From Rhynchobatus australiae (lineage: Eukaryota), in NCBI GenBank assembly GCA_034780895.1, contig JAUZTB010000071.1, forward strand, positions 16,609,837 through 16,673,836: DNA of 64,000 nt, written 5' to 3'. A program made the translations under genes and the position numbers. Below, one piece after another: positions 12,710 through 25,699 of this stretch (position 1 is the first letter of the stretch; every line of letters starts with the position of its first letter). The notes below the pieces were generated by a model. The model searched no databases, was not told where the DNA came from, and saw nothing but the letters and a program-made list of their open reading frames with translations.

Positions 12710-13240
12710 AGACACAAGAAACTGCAGATGCCGGAATCTGGATCAACCAATAATGTGCTGGAGGGACTCAGCAGGTCGAGCAGCATCTGTGGAAGGAAAG
12801 AAATTGCTCATGTTTCAGGTCAAAACCCTACATCAGGACTGAGAGTGGAGAGGTGAAATGGCCTATATAAAAAGGAGAAGGGGAGTGGCGAGAAAGGATT
12901 CCGAGACAATTGGAGGACTGAGGAGGGTGTAAGATGACAGACAGGTAGTTCCAAGTGGGGGAGGTGAGCGGAGATGGAGTGGGGAGTCTGTGGCAGGTGA
13001 ATGATAAATGGAAGCAGATAGAGAGACAGATAGAAAGGAAAAAGAAAAAAAACAGATGGAGCAAAGTGGGGGGAGGGGAGTGTGAAGATAGGAGACAGCT
13101 GCTGGTANNNNNNNNNNNNNNNNNAGTGCTACCAGAGCTGGATTCAGAGTAAAGGAGATGAGAATAGGAACCATTAGGGGAGAGGGGTATGGCAGTTGGA
13201 ATCAGATGGGAGGTGGGGGGCAGGGGGGAGCTATGTATTC
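12710..13240 (-). mobile_element. Penelope-like element 3' region (terminal repeat plus purine-rich tract)
   Basis: ACAAGAAACTGCAGATGCCGGAATCTGG...CAGCAGGTCGAGCAGCATCTGTGG...GTTTCAGGTCAAAACCCTACATCAGGAC, followed by a GA-rich tract. Confidence 0.6.
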
Positions 13241-14403
13241 TGCCTTCCCTTTCAGTTTGACTGAACAGGTTAGAATTATTTTGCTGTCTACTTCCTAGAG
13301 TTAAAGGCTTATGGAAAGATAAAAACAAACAGAACTTTGTACTAATTGGTATTGGTATTGGCTTAATATTGTCACTTGTACCGAGGTACGGTGAAAAACT
13401 TGTCTTGCATACTGTTTTACTTGGTCAGTTTTACCACCACCTAACATTGAAAGTTTGCCCTTAAATCACATTTGTTTACTATTCAAAACTTTAAATTATT
13501 TATGTTTACTCTTTGAAACCAGGGCATCTTGTCATGTGACCACTGTCCTGCATCTCCACACATCAGAGGCACTGTGAATAAATTGGACCCAAGAGCAGAA
13601 GAATCAGCAGCTGGGATTTTATGATTAGCTGTGAAATGATGGTGCTCAAAATTGACCTTGAATAAAGCTGCCTACAAGCCACTAGCGATAACCATGGTGT
13701 GGATTGCCCCTATTTGCTGTCAGGCATCAGTTTAATGGGACCTCTGTTCACAAGCAACAGTAAAAGCACCAAATTGTCTGAGCAGCTAATCAATTTGAAG
13801 AATTCTCCTGGACAGCAAACAAGAAAGGAAAAATAGACAATTTTTATCTAATGTTTCAATTATTTTATGAAACACAAAAATTGGGACAGAGTCTTATTAA
13901 GTTTGCATTTAAAATATGAATAAATTTTATTTAAAAAGACAAAAAAAAACTCATTTTAAAATCCATGTAATTTAGAAGATTTTTCTGAAGGAACTGGATT
14001 CCATATATAAAATTTGTGTTTAGATTCAGACAATTTACTGTATTATTGGCTTTGTATGTCATTGAATACCAACAAGTACCTAATAAAAAGCATTACAATT
14101 TCAGAGCATGTTAAAGTGAGGTTAGTTCTGAAATATTTGTCTAATCATTTATTCCCCTTGATTATGCTGGATAAGGCTGCCAACAGTACACCATGTGAAT
14201 GAGGGCTGAATTACTGACAGCAGCTTAGGGATTTAAACTCTTCCTCACAGCAACTCCAGAACTGCTGTCAGTTTCTTGTTACAGTGATAGCAGACGTACA
14301 TTTTCTCTGTCAACACAACTGCAAAATATGAGCTCACTGAGTTACCTGGTCATAAGAAATAAGCAAAGTGCCTGCCCGAAGTCAGAGAACATTTATCACA
14401 GCT

Positions 14404-14830
14404 CCAATAAAACTCCATTAATCTGGCACTGTCACGACTTTGGTGGTGCCGTACTGGCAAATTTGCTGGACTATTGGATGTTGTTCCTATTAGTATCCCA
14501 AGAAACTCTTAATTCACTTTTTTTCAGATGTTACACAATGGCATAATAATTTTTTTAATGAACCCAGTAGGGTAAAAGGAGGTGTGGCAAATGGGGCCCT
14601 GGTGAACTTAAATGGAGAATGAGAAAGAGAAGCCAGTGAGTTTCAGGGGAGCACAGGACACAAATGAGGTGAATTTCAAAGCAGTGTGGAAATGGGATCC
14701 CCATGAATTTAAAGGGAGCACAGGAAACAGGGCCCAGTGAGGTTAAATGCAATGCAAAGCCCCTGTGAGTTTAAAGAGAGCATGGGAAACATCACTGGGT
14801 AAACCAAATGCTGAACCTTTTGGATTTCCA
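14404..14830 (+). mobile_element. Same DNA-transposon-like element with internal minisatellite, copy 2
   Basis: Begins CAATAAAACTCCATTAATCTGGCAC. Homologous to 10701-11130, with the tandem array at ~14560-14790. Confidence 0.55.
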
Positions 14831-16069
14831 AATAAAACTCTGTCAAAAAATCAAAAGGTATGAAAAAAAAGACATTCAGGAGGCGTTATAAGCCTAAGTT
14901 CTTGTCCATGATTGCCCTTGCCATAGTTTAGTTACTTTTTCCTTTAAAAGGAACAGTCAGTTCATTTGACTTTATCGGCATTTTAACACAATTTACATTT
15001 ATCTGACTTCAACAAATTCAATTGAAGAAAAAAAGTGCTGATTCACTCAACCCTGCCTAAAAAGGTTAAATGATATAAATAGACATTGAACCCCATTTAA
15101 TTCTTGAGCTTGCTTTGTTGTAATGCATTCCATGGGGAAGGGGGTAATAAATGGAACTACAAACCTGATAGATCCAGATACACACAAATAAAAATGTGAT
15201 TGCAGTGTCAATCATGCCACTGTCTAAATATTCCATTCAATATTCATATGTCCTTCAAGATTAAACTGACAAAGTTTATATATTGCAACTTCACCCTGAG
15301 GATAATGGTGCAAACACTCGATAAATCAGCAGTCGGATGTAGAACCATAATTTCCTGGTTAATGCTGCTGGTTGTGGATAGAACTATTGAGCTGTCTATG
15401 CTGTGTTAAGTCCAAAATTTCCATGAACACACCAGCAAATACATTACACTAGGGAATTGCCTCTCTGATCCTGTGCCAAGTGAAACTTGGCAGAGGATTT
15501 CAGAAACAGAATCAGATTTATTATCACCGTCGTGAAATTTGTTGGTTTGCGGCAGCAGTACAGTGCAAGATGTAAAAATTATGATAAGTTGAGACTCCCA
15601 CTGATTTTATAGGAGATGTGTGGTTATATATTGGGAAGCAAAGGGGAAAGAAAATTCCTTTTACTTTGACATTGTTAAATTCAGTGTGTTTTTACCTGTT
15701 GCTGAATATCAGAGAAATATAAATAATAGAAGTTATCTCCACAATTTTGACAGTCAGCAAAGTTGCCAAAGCTTTTAGAGTGGTTCAGCATCAGGGCTTC
15801 CCCACAGTTGCAGTGGAGAGCCTGGCACTGCATCAACCACAACGATGAGGTGTAAGACACCTTGGACAAGAAAAACAGCCCCACTGCATCCAAACTAGTT
15901 AAATAGAGACTGGGGGAAGCCCCAGACCAAATTCCAACAGGGGAACTGTGCCCGCAAAATGTGACCCACTGAACTCCTTCAGTTTATCATGATTCTTTAC
16001 TGGGCTAAACTTATGTCAGATAATTTTCACTTTAAGGAAAATAGTAGTTTGAAACCAATTTTTGTTTTA

Positions 16070-16250
16070 TAAAAAAGCAGAGAACACGCAGCAGGTGAGG
16101 CAGAACTTGTGGAAAGACAACATAGTTAATATTTCAGGTCATCGACCCTTCATCAGAACTAGAAAGGGGAGAAAATAAGTTAGTGTTAAATTGCAGAGAG
16201 GATGGGAAAGGGATGGATAGGATAAAGGAGTATCTCTGATAGGGTGAGGT
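16070..16250 (-). mobile_element. Penelope-like terminal-repeat remnant
   Basis: The minus strand at 16126-16160 reads AGTTCTGATGAAGGGTCGATGACCTGAAATATTAA. Confidence 0.5.
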
Positions 16251-17009
16251 CAGGATTTCCATGAGGATAAGCTGTTGAGGGAGTAATATGGTTGATTGGC
16301 TAATGAGAGCAGTATATATCTATGTAGCTTATGATTTTAAAATTGTAAGTTCAGTTCAAATCTGCTTGGACCCAAATGGCTTCAAGCCATTGCAAAGAGT
16401 TATTGGCAAATGAAATGTATTAAACCTGCTAATCAACTCAGAAACTAATGCACACTGTTTAGGACCTATTGTATGATATATAACATCCAATCATTCGCAA
16501 TTCCCTTGGTTGCACAGCATCTCAGAATCACAAACTTGCAATTACNNNNNNNNNNNNNNNNNNNNNNNNNNNNNNNNNNNNNNNNNNNNNNNNNNNNNNN
16601 NNNNNNNNNNNNNNNNNNNNNNNNNNNNNNNNNNNNNNNNNNNNNAATTAAACATAACATATCCACCTCAGTAATCAAACAACCCATATTTCGAGTACTT
16701 CAACAATAACATGCTCTATCACACAAATACAGAGCAAGGTTTCAATTGAATCCTAGGTTCTGCTAATGCTCCTTCATTGGTGCCTTATGCTGATTTTAAT
16801 CAGGTAAATAACTTTACCTCAATAAATATATTTACCTCAAATATATGCTCATATTGCTTATCATGCAATCAACAGGGGTGCATTTGAGTAATGTGGAGAT
16901 ATTGCACCATAAGAGAGAAAACAAATCTAATTGAAAATCTAATGAAAATGCAAACAAAGGTTCCTTCAAGACTTGAAATTGCAAGGTTAAAAGTTCTGTG
17001 TTGGTTCTT

Positions 17010-17430
17010 CATTCATTTACAAGATGTTGGTGTCATTGACAAGACCACCAGTCATTGTCCATTTCTGTTTTCCTTAAAGTGGTAATGAGGAATTGCCTTC
17101 TTGAACCTCTGAACACAACATGCTTGATCAAGGAATTTTAATCAAAAGATGATCAAGTCAGGATGGAATGCTGCTTGGAAAGAACTCCCAGGTCACGACA
17201 TTTCCATGCACCTCCACATTGATTCACTCGGTGGCAAAGATCATGGGACAAAAAAAAACTGAATTCCAGAGGTCAACTGAGATTATCTGCCCTTGATATC
17301 AAGCCAGCATTTAATAACATACGGCATCAAGAATACTGGTTAAAAAAAAAGAATTCAATGGGAATCAGGGGAAAATCTCCTCCGGCCGGATTTGCAGACA
17401 GGATAAAGGAAGGCTTTTTATTGAGGTCAG
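17010..17430 (-). mobile_element. CR1/L2-clade LINE fragments
   Basis: 3' terminus similar to 3556-3805, followed by a degenerate RT-like segment. Confidence 0.45.
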
Positions 17431-17459
17431 TCACCTCTGCCACATTGCATCTACCAGCT

Positions 17460-18235
17460 TCCTTCATCGTCTCAAGGAAAACTGGAGTGTGATTTCAGGG
17501 AATGAGTGGAATTTCAAGGATGGGAAATGGTTGGCAGTGACCTCACTGAGGTTCAACAGGCTTCTGAACAAACAAAACAGGCAAAAGGCAGCTCCCTTGA
17601 ACAAAAAGGGATGGGGAATGTTGCTGCCCAGGAGGTGTCTATCTGGGCACGAGAGGCCTCTTTGAAGGATCCTGAGGCAAGGTTTCTGAAAGTGAGGGTG
17701 ACCCTGACCAAGCAGCAGGTTTGAGGAATGCTTGCGGGCTGTTTGTGTAGATGTATGTGCCAATTTGTTGCATTGTGGAAGTCAAGAAGAGCAGGAAAGC
17801 TCTGCAGGAAAAATGAGGAACCTTCTAATTTTAGTAAATGTGTCTTTTATATTCACGCCTGGAAGGGACAATAGACATCAGTACTAAGCTCCAAAAGATG
17901 GGTACTGTTGGCCCTTATAGTCACCTCCTTCTTTCCATGAATGCCACCTCTTTAGTCAGAAGTCTTTCTTCAGCTGTATTACTCATTTCTGATCTGATCA
18001 ATGTGAAGGCACTTCACCAGTTTTTCAGAATTTCTTCTGGTATTTCCAACCACGTAGTTCTGAGGGGAGACCTACTGAAACCACATTGGGGTGTGGTGAC
18101 TGAATTTACCCCATGTTTGTTTGGCAAAGAGTTGTTCAACATCTGCCTATGTCTGCAGCGGAGATGTAGCGGACCCTTTCAAAGAATACTCAGGTTCAAT
18201 CTTCAGCTTTGTTCATGGTTCTTCTGTGAGTGAAC
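17460..18235 (-). mobile_element. Highly decayed RTE-type LINE
   Basis: The minus strand resembles an RTE C-terminal region (GRP.LR.KD.LKR-like). Many disablements. Confidence 0.35.
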
Positions 18236-20863
18236 AGTATCANNNNNNNNNNNNNNNNNNNNNNNNNNNNNNNNNNNNNNNNNNNNNNNNNNNNNNNNNN
18301 NNNNNNNNNNNNNNNNNNNNNNNNNNNATGCCAGTAAATAGCATCAGTGTGGACAAAATTCTTGTCCAAAAAGTTGACAGATTACTAATGACTGCCATTA
18401 ACTCACTCAGAAACACATGCAAAATTGGTTAATGCTGTGTTGCTGCATTTTGTTCCATCCAACACCTCTTCATGGGTTGCACAGACACACTACTTGGCCT
18501 TCTTTTGCTCCAGATTCCAGCATCTGCAGTCTCTTGTGCCTTCAGACTTCTTGGCCTTACTTCTAATTATTGGCAGCAATAAGTCCCTTCCTTTTAAAAT
18601 CAGTCCCCGACCAGGGACATTACTTATTCCAATTCTCTTAAAATTATTTGCTATGGCACCTCATTGTTTCTATTATTACCCTAAGTTTTTTTAAATGGTG
18701 CCAGTTCTATTATAATCCAAAGTTGTATAAATTGCAATAGAGCTGACTTCGAATAAGTTATTTTCTTGGGTTCCAATTGACTGCTGGCAATTGGTGAGAA
18801 TATAGGGTTGAATGATAAACATCTTTTCAAATCTTTAACTGTTCGTACAGTTAAGCATTATCCAACTGAATAAACAGAAACTGCACGTAGCTAGCACTGC
18901 AAATGCTGCAACTGATAAATATTCAAAGTCATGTGAAAATCTGAAAAGAGAAAAATCTTTTATCCAATGGTCTTTCTAACTTTGTTCAAACTGCATTTTC
19001 GTGGACACACCATCACCCATTTGAACATTTCAGAGAAACAAGAAGATAGGTGAGAGCTCCAAGTTGACAGAGTTTGTAAGATGTTCCCCAACTATTGAAG
19101 GGAGCACATGAAAAACTTCAACATATTAAATGCAGCTCGGGGCAGATGTGCTGCACTGCTCACTGTAGGGCCTAGCATTTCCATTTATTATCCTTGTGGC
19201 CCAATTCTCCTTATCTTGATGTAACTGGGACAAACGATTGTAGAATTTTACACACAAAGGTATTCATTTCAGATCTCGATTTCACAATCCTTTGGGCTGG
19301 CTGCAATATTGGTGGAGGAGAGAGGTGGGGTGGGGAAGGTTGAGGGGGCCCCAGTGAAATACAGACCAGGCACGGCTGACACAGAGATATCGTCAGAGTC
19401 TAAGGCTGACAATTGGCCAGGTTTCCGGGTGATTGGAAGTAACTTGGAAATGATTGTAGATGGCTTTGCACTCCAGGAAAGACATGATTTTCATTTAATT
19501 TCTGCAGAATAAAATGCTGTGCAACTGAATTTTCAAATACAAATGCTTTAAAATCAATCAGTCCACAGCAGATTCTGTTTTCAAAGATATACAATTAAAA
19601 ATTAGGAGAAACTCAAGGAACACAATCACTTTTCAAAACAGATGCAATTAGTTCCACAATTGCCAATTGTGCCCAAAGGATTATCAGTTTCCCAAGGTTC
19701 CAATGTTGGAATGGAAACATGGTATTCGAGAAAGTTTTGTGCCTCAATCCTTGAAGAACTGAGTCTTGTAATGCCTTTGATAATCAAATATTACCCAGCT
19801 CCTTGTTCTAAATTTGCACTCAACAACTCAGTTTTACATTAAGGGGATGTGGATCTGTGTTGAAGATTTAATCACCGCCCATCTTACACCTTCATGGAGT
19901 TTCTTTTCTGTTGGCTTTAATGTGTTACGAGTCAGCTTGACAAGATTGATAAAGGATAAGTTAACCGCTGAGTTTCTTTACATTCTCCTTTTTTATTCAG
20001 ATTTGAATGTCTGGGCCACTTTCTTTTGCTTTCTTCTTTTGTCTAAATCAGCTAATCCTTAATGCTTCACACTTTGATCAGAAGAACAGTAAATCAGCAC
20101 TCTGCTAATGTTCTTCCGAAAACAAAAGATCAAAGATTGAAATGTAAACACAAGAGATCAAAGTAAATTGAAACTCATTTTGCATTTTGAGAAGATTAGA
20201 TTTTTGGAGGGCATGAAATCAAATTAATGTGTATCCTGACAATTGATACTTGGCATTGAGCCAATTTTATCCCACCCTCAGACATCTATTATATATAACA
20301 TTTAATATACAACATATTACTATATTATGTACAATATATACACACACAGGATAGACTATTCTTAGAAAGTAATTCAAGGCACAAGAACAAAAGCAGGGGG
20401 TAAACATTTATGGGCATTGTGATACAGCTGGTTTTATTATATATGCTTGCATTTGCAGGAATGGGACTGAATGTGAACTGGTCATAAAGCCCTTCTTTAA
20501 TGGTTCTGAAACAGTGTATGCTGCCACTGGCCAATGTAAATGTTATACTAGCCCCATGTGAAATAATTTAAGATTGTCATAGCATAAATGGCCTCCATCT
20601 TAGCTATTTAAGGTATTCTAATATTACTAACTTCTTTGAAATATTCATTTTCACTTCAAAACTCAATACAACTTCTTCCATGGACAGGACGAGAAACTGA
20701 GATTGGTTTATTATTGCCACGTGTACTGAGATGCAGTGAAAAATTTTGTTTGCTTGCCATCCAGGCAGATTATGCCATACATAAGTACATAGAGATAGTA
20801 AGAAGAAAACAGAATGCAGACAAGGAAATCTTGTGTATGTGTGCATTTTAACTTCTTCGTTTG

Positions 20864-20880
20864 AGTGCCACCTTGTGGCA
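20864..20880 (-). promoter_or_regulatory. CTCF core motif
   Basis: The minus strand reads TGCCACAAGGTGGCACT, matching the CCACNAGGTGGCAC-type consensus. Confidence 0.5.
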
Positions 20881-21309
20881 TTATTTGGTTTGAGGAACAT
20901 TCCCATTTGACTAAACTACAAAGGCATATATGCTAAGGAATACAAGGATGATACTTTGTCTTCACCAAGATTCCATAATGATTAATATTTCAGTCATGGA
21001 AATCATGAGTTTGCTTGCTTCGCTGGAGAATTAGCTTTACACTTACTAACAGGACACACCACATAAAGCAGTGAGAATTGAAATGGTCTGGGATATTTCA
21101 TTACAACACCAAATGAAGTCCCATTACCCTGAAAGGCAAGTCAGGCTAATCAGAGCAAAATCAAGAAGCAGTCACTTCAGAGCAATACTTTGTGAAAGGA
21201 ACTGCTTGGAATATGATGTCCATTAAACAGCACAGTATTTAATAAAAAGCTACACTTCACCAAAGCCCAGATCAGATAGACTAAAGGGAAACTAATAAAA
21301 TTACCTTTG

Positions 21310-21452
21310 TTAGAATCTGAAACAAAACCAGAAACGCTGGAAGAGGAAGTTTCTGAGGAAGGGTCACTGACCCAAAACTTTGACTGCTTTCTCTTTCCAC
21401 AGGTGCTGCTTGACTGATTGAGTTCTTCCAGCACGTTTGTTTTTGTTTTGGA
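21310..21452. mobile_element. Self-inverted Penelope-like remnant
   Basis: ACAAAACCAGAAACGCTGGAAGA ... TTCTTCCAGCACGTTTGTTTTTGT arms, with CTGAGGAAGGGTCACTGACCCAAAAC core. Confidence 0.55.
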
Positions 21453-22279
21453 TAGATTGAATTGACACATTCTTTAATGCTAAGTAATGTCTTATAATAT
21501 TAAGAAGTTCATCTTAATTGTATATTGAAAAGAAAAATCACATAAAGGAAAACAGTCCCTTTTCTTACAAAATTGATTCCTTTGTAAGAAAATAGTGTCT
21601 TCCCTTCCCTCACAAGGACTGAGATTGACAGCATGACTAAGTTTGAGAGAATCTCAAACATTTCATTTTAGCAGCTGATAAAATTGCATATCAGTCTCGT
21701 TTTTGTAATAGGATGGGTTGTGGGAACTTTAGTATATGGCTGATCTTGACTACCATCAGGCAATAAGCTCTAGATAAGGAACAACAAACCATCTGCTGGA
21801 GGAACTCNNNNNNNNNNNNNNNNNNNNNNNNNNNNNNNNNNNNNNNNNNNNNNNNNNNNNNNNNNNNNNNNNNNNNNNNNNNNNNNNNNNNNNNNNNNNN
21901 NNNNNNNNNNNNNNNNNNNNNNNNNNNNNNNNNNNNNNNNNNNNNNNNNNNNNNNNNNNNNNNNNNNNNNNNNNNNNNNNNNNNNNNNNNNNNNNNNNNN
22001 NNNNNNNNNNNNNNNNNNNNNNNNNNNNNNNNNNNNNNNNNNNNNNNNNNNNNNNNNNNNNNNNNNNNNNNNNNNNNNNNNNNNNNNNNNNNNNNNNNNN
22101 NNNNNNNNNNNNNNNNNNNNNNNNNNNNNNNNNNNNNNNNNNNNNNNNNNNNNNNNNNNNNNNNNNNNNNNNNNNNNNNNNNNNNNNNNNNNNNNNNNNN
22201 NNNNNNNNNNNNNNNNNNNNNNNNNNNNNNNNNNNNNNNNNNNNNNNNNNNNNNNNNNNNNNNNNNNNNNNNNNNNCTT

Positions 22280-22870
22280 GCCAGAAGCTCCTTCCTGAGA
22301 TGCCACATGACAGGAATTCTGATAAATCAATGAAGAAGTTATAGCTTCTCAAGAAGACTTTTAGAATCTGCTTGAAGCATTTCCATGACCTCCTAGAAAT
22401 CCTGAGAGCAAAGACACTGTTTTGGGAGTCCAGTCTCAAGCATGCAGAAGGAGTGACTCTTCCAATGGAGTTGGCTAGCTGTGATCAGATTCTTAATGCA
22501 AGGACCTATCCTGACAATGGGTTTAGTCATATCAGCGGTACTTCTCCCAAGGTGCCTACTGTAGTTTGCCAAAGCATACAGGAAGGATGAAATCAATGCA
22601 GCTTGGCAGACCATGAGCTTAGTGCTGGGAATTTGGTCTAGGCCTTCTAACGCTCTTTCACCAAAGGTTCTGCTGGAGCACCAGAGGCAATAGTGAATTT
22701 CACCTTCAATTTCCACCCTCCTGAAATATGGAAGGTGGTTCACCTTTTCTTGGGTCTTTTCATGGACCTCAGTTGTAAGGGATGGAGTTGAGTAGTGGGG
22801 GTAAGCTGGTCGAGGACCTTTGTCTTCTGGATCTTTGGTGGCAGGCAATTCTTTCATATGCCTCACCACT
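22280..22870 (-). mobile_element. Decayed RTE LINE (RT C-terminal region)
   Basis: Minus-strand translation EIEGEIHYCL.CSSRTFG...STKLMVCQAALISSFLYA resembles the RTE pattern 'EI..RI..AS.AFG...TKL.VY.A.V...LLY'. Confidence 0.55.
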
Positions 22871-23394
22871 GGGTCTCCTTATTCTTACATATCCTGTGTT
22901 GCACCAGTTAGACCTAAAAGCTTGATGGATAAATAACTCACTACAGCAGAAAGATTGTATTGAGAGCAGCTCCTCCCTTAGTGCCTCAGCACACAGTACA
23001 TTACAAAATAGTTTTCTTCTTGATGGGGTGGAGTTGTAGGGGTGGAATTAACAAATTGTCAGATTCCTCTAGAAACCTTTGTAATTTATTGGAGACTCCA
23101 GGAGAAATCCAGAGAGTTCCTCAGTATGACAGGAGGTGACATCGCTGCCAATTGCCCAGCTTCAGCTTTGCATCAGGCCTGAGATTGGGTCCCTGAAGTG
23201 GCAAAGTAATGGATTGTGAAATACACATAGTGAGAAGCTGAAGGATACCCCATCGTAGACAGAGCATGGAATGGAGGAGGAAGAAAGGCACGACAAATGA
23301 GTCAGCAAGCCCTGCATCTTCCCATGATTAGGTGAGGCCTGATCCCAGAAGCTTTGTTCTATTTTTGTTCAGAATAAAAAAGATAAGAGAAAAT

Positions 23395-23700
23395 TATTTT
23401 CCCGCCTTCCATCAGGCAGAAGATACTAAAGCTTGAGAACACATACCACCAGGTTCAAGGACAGCTTCTATCCCGCTGTTATAAGACTCTTGAACGAACC
23501 TCTCATACAATAAAGATGAACTCTTGATCTGCCTCACCATGGCCTTGTACTTTATTTGTCTACCTGCACTGCACTTTTTCTGTAACTGTTACACTATATT
23601 CTGCATTTTTTTTTAATTTCCCTTTGTACTGCCTCAAATAACTTTTGCATGGAATGATCTGTCTGGATGGCACGCCAACAAAATCTTTTCACTGTACTTC
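23395..23700 (+). mobile_element. Rex1/Babar 3' end
   Basis: CTTCCATCAGGCAGAAGATAC..AAGCTTGAGAACACATACCACCAGGTTCAAGGACAGCTTCTATCCCGCTGTTATAAGACTCTTGAAC encodes LPSGRRY/SLRTHTTRFKDSFYPAVIRLLN, followed by the 3' UTR. Confidence 0.75.
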
Positions 23701-25699
23701 TCAATAGTAGCTCCCAAACCTTCAACTTCCACCACTAAGAACAAGGAGCAGCAAATATACACAAATACTTCCACTTGGATACAATCCAGAATTGGACCTT
23801 CATTGCTGTTCCTTGGTATGAGTTAATTACATGCTTTTGTTTCTCTTTCCCCCCTCCAAAATTAAACATTATTTATCCCTACATCAGGTAATCATAGCCA
23901 CCAATGATCTCTGTGGTTATGTTACCCCTGGCTTGTGTATTCTGGAATAAACTATTGGAACAGCACACGTACTGCATCACCTGCTCAAGAGAAACTAAGG
24001 GTGAATAAAGCATTGGCTTTCCTGAGACACGGAGATCCCATGAATGAATTANNNNNNNNNNNNNNNNNNNNNNNNNNNNNNNNNNNNNNNNNNNNNNNNN
24101 NNNNNNNNNNNNNNNNNNNNNNNNNNNNNNNNNNNNNNNNNNNNNNNNNNNNNNNNNNNNNNNNNNNNNNNNNNNNNNNNNNNNNNNNNNNNNNNNNNNN
24201 NNNNNNNNNNNNNNNNNNNNNNNNNNNNNNNNNNNNNNNNNNNNNNNNNNNNNNNNNNNNNNNNNNNNNNNNNNNNNNNNNNNNNNNNNNNNNNNNNNNN
24301 NNNNNNNNNNNNNNNNNNNNNNNNNNNNNNNNNNNNNNNNNNNNNNNNNNNNNNNNNNNNNNNNNNNNNNNNNNNNNNNNNNNNNNNNNNNNNNNNNNNN
24401 NNNNNNNNNNNNNNNNNNNNNNNNNNNNNNNNNNNNNNNNNNNNNNNNNNNNNNNNNNNNNNNNNNNNNNNNNNNNNNNNNNNNNNNNNNNNNNNNNNNN
24501 NNNNNNNNNNNNNNNNNNNNNNNNNNNNNNNNNNNNNNNNNNNNNNNNNNNNNNNNNNNNNNNNNNNNNNNNNNNNNNNNNNNNNNNNNNNNNNNNNNNN
24601 NNNNNNNNNNNNNNNNNNNNNGAAAGTAATTCAAAGGTAATCACTCAATTACAATTAAATCAATACCATAAGACCCGGTACATGTATTCAATTTATTTTT
24701 ATGCTTCTAATTCTGTCTATCTCCCATTTCCCATTTTCTCCCTCTGAACTAGTAGCCAGGTCACAGCACCATAAGGCAGAGTTAACCAATGAAGTGACAA
24801 AAATGGTCTGGGTGGCTCACACCACACAGTTAATTTCTCTCTTTAATTTTTTTTTCAATATCAGCAAGAAATGGTGATTACAGGGCAACTGGACTCAGTT
24901 TTTATTTCATGTGATATCTGTTGATCCTCAATTTTTCTGTGGTGGCTGAGCAAGGTCTTTTGCACACTTCAAAAACTGCGGTTTTTTACTTTACTAAACA
25001 GTTCAATGCAAACTTTTCAGTAATACTGAACAATGATTGACGTCTTTCATGTTGCTAAAGGAAGGGGAGGAACAAATTCAAAACTACTCTGCAATCTATA
25101 CTTCAGTCAGCAAGTTTATCTCTGAGAGTCAGACTGAGGATCTTAAGTCTCTAAACCCCTATTGCGTGAAGTGAACAACTAAGGGTCACCAAGGGATTTT
25201 TCCAAGAACAAGCCTCAGCTGCTGGATTATAAACTCCTGAGATACTTTGGATATTTAAATAGAAAATTAATTAATCCAGTTATCTGGAGCACTGCAGGTT
25301 TCCAATGCTTAATTATTCTACTCTTCACCTCTCACACCTTGAACTAATTATGGAACCATTTATGCTTTTGAATAAACAACCATTGCTGAAAATGAACAAC
25401 TCTCCATTTTTTGATGTTGTATATTGTTCATATGTTCTGCATGGTATTAGAGTAATTTATGTTGTAGAGCTGCTTGCAGTCCTTTTGCTTCACACTACCT
25501 CCTCAAGCAAAATGAGAAGATTGCAACACAATTTCCCGAATTTCAGAGGTTCGTACAACTCCACAGCGAAATAGATTGCCCATCAAATTATTTTCTTTTT
25601 GACATGACCTGATTTAATTTCAATTCAACATTTTAAATAATGCAAAAATTATAGTAATTTTGATTTGCTAATCAAGTATTGTGGCTACGAATGTCCAAA

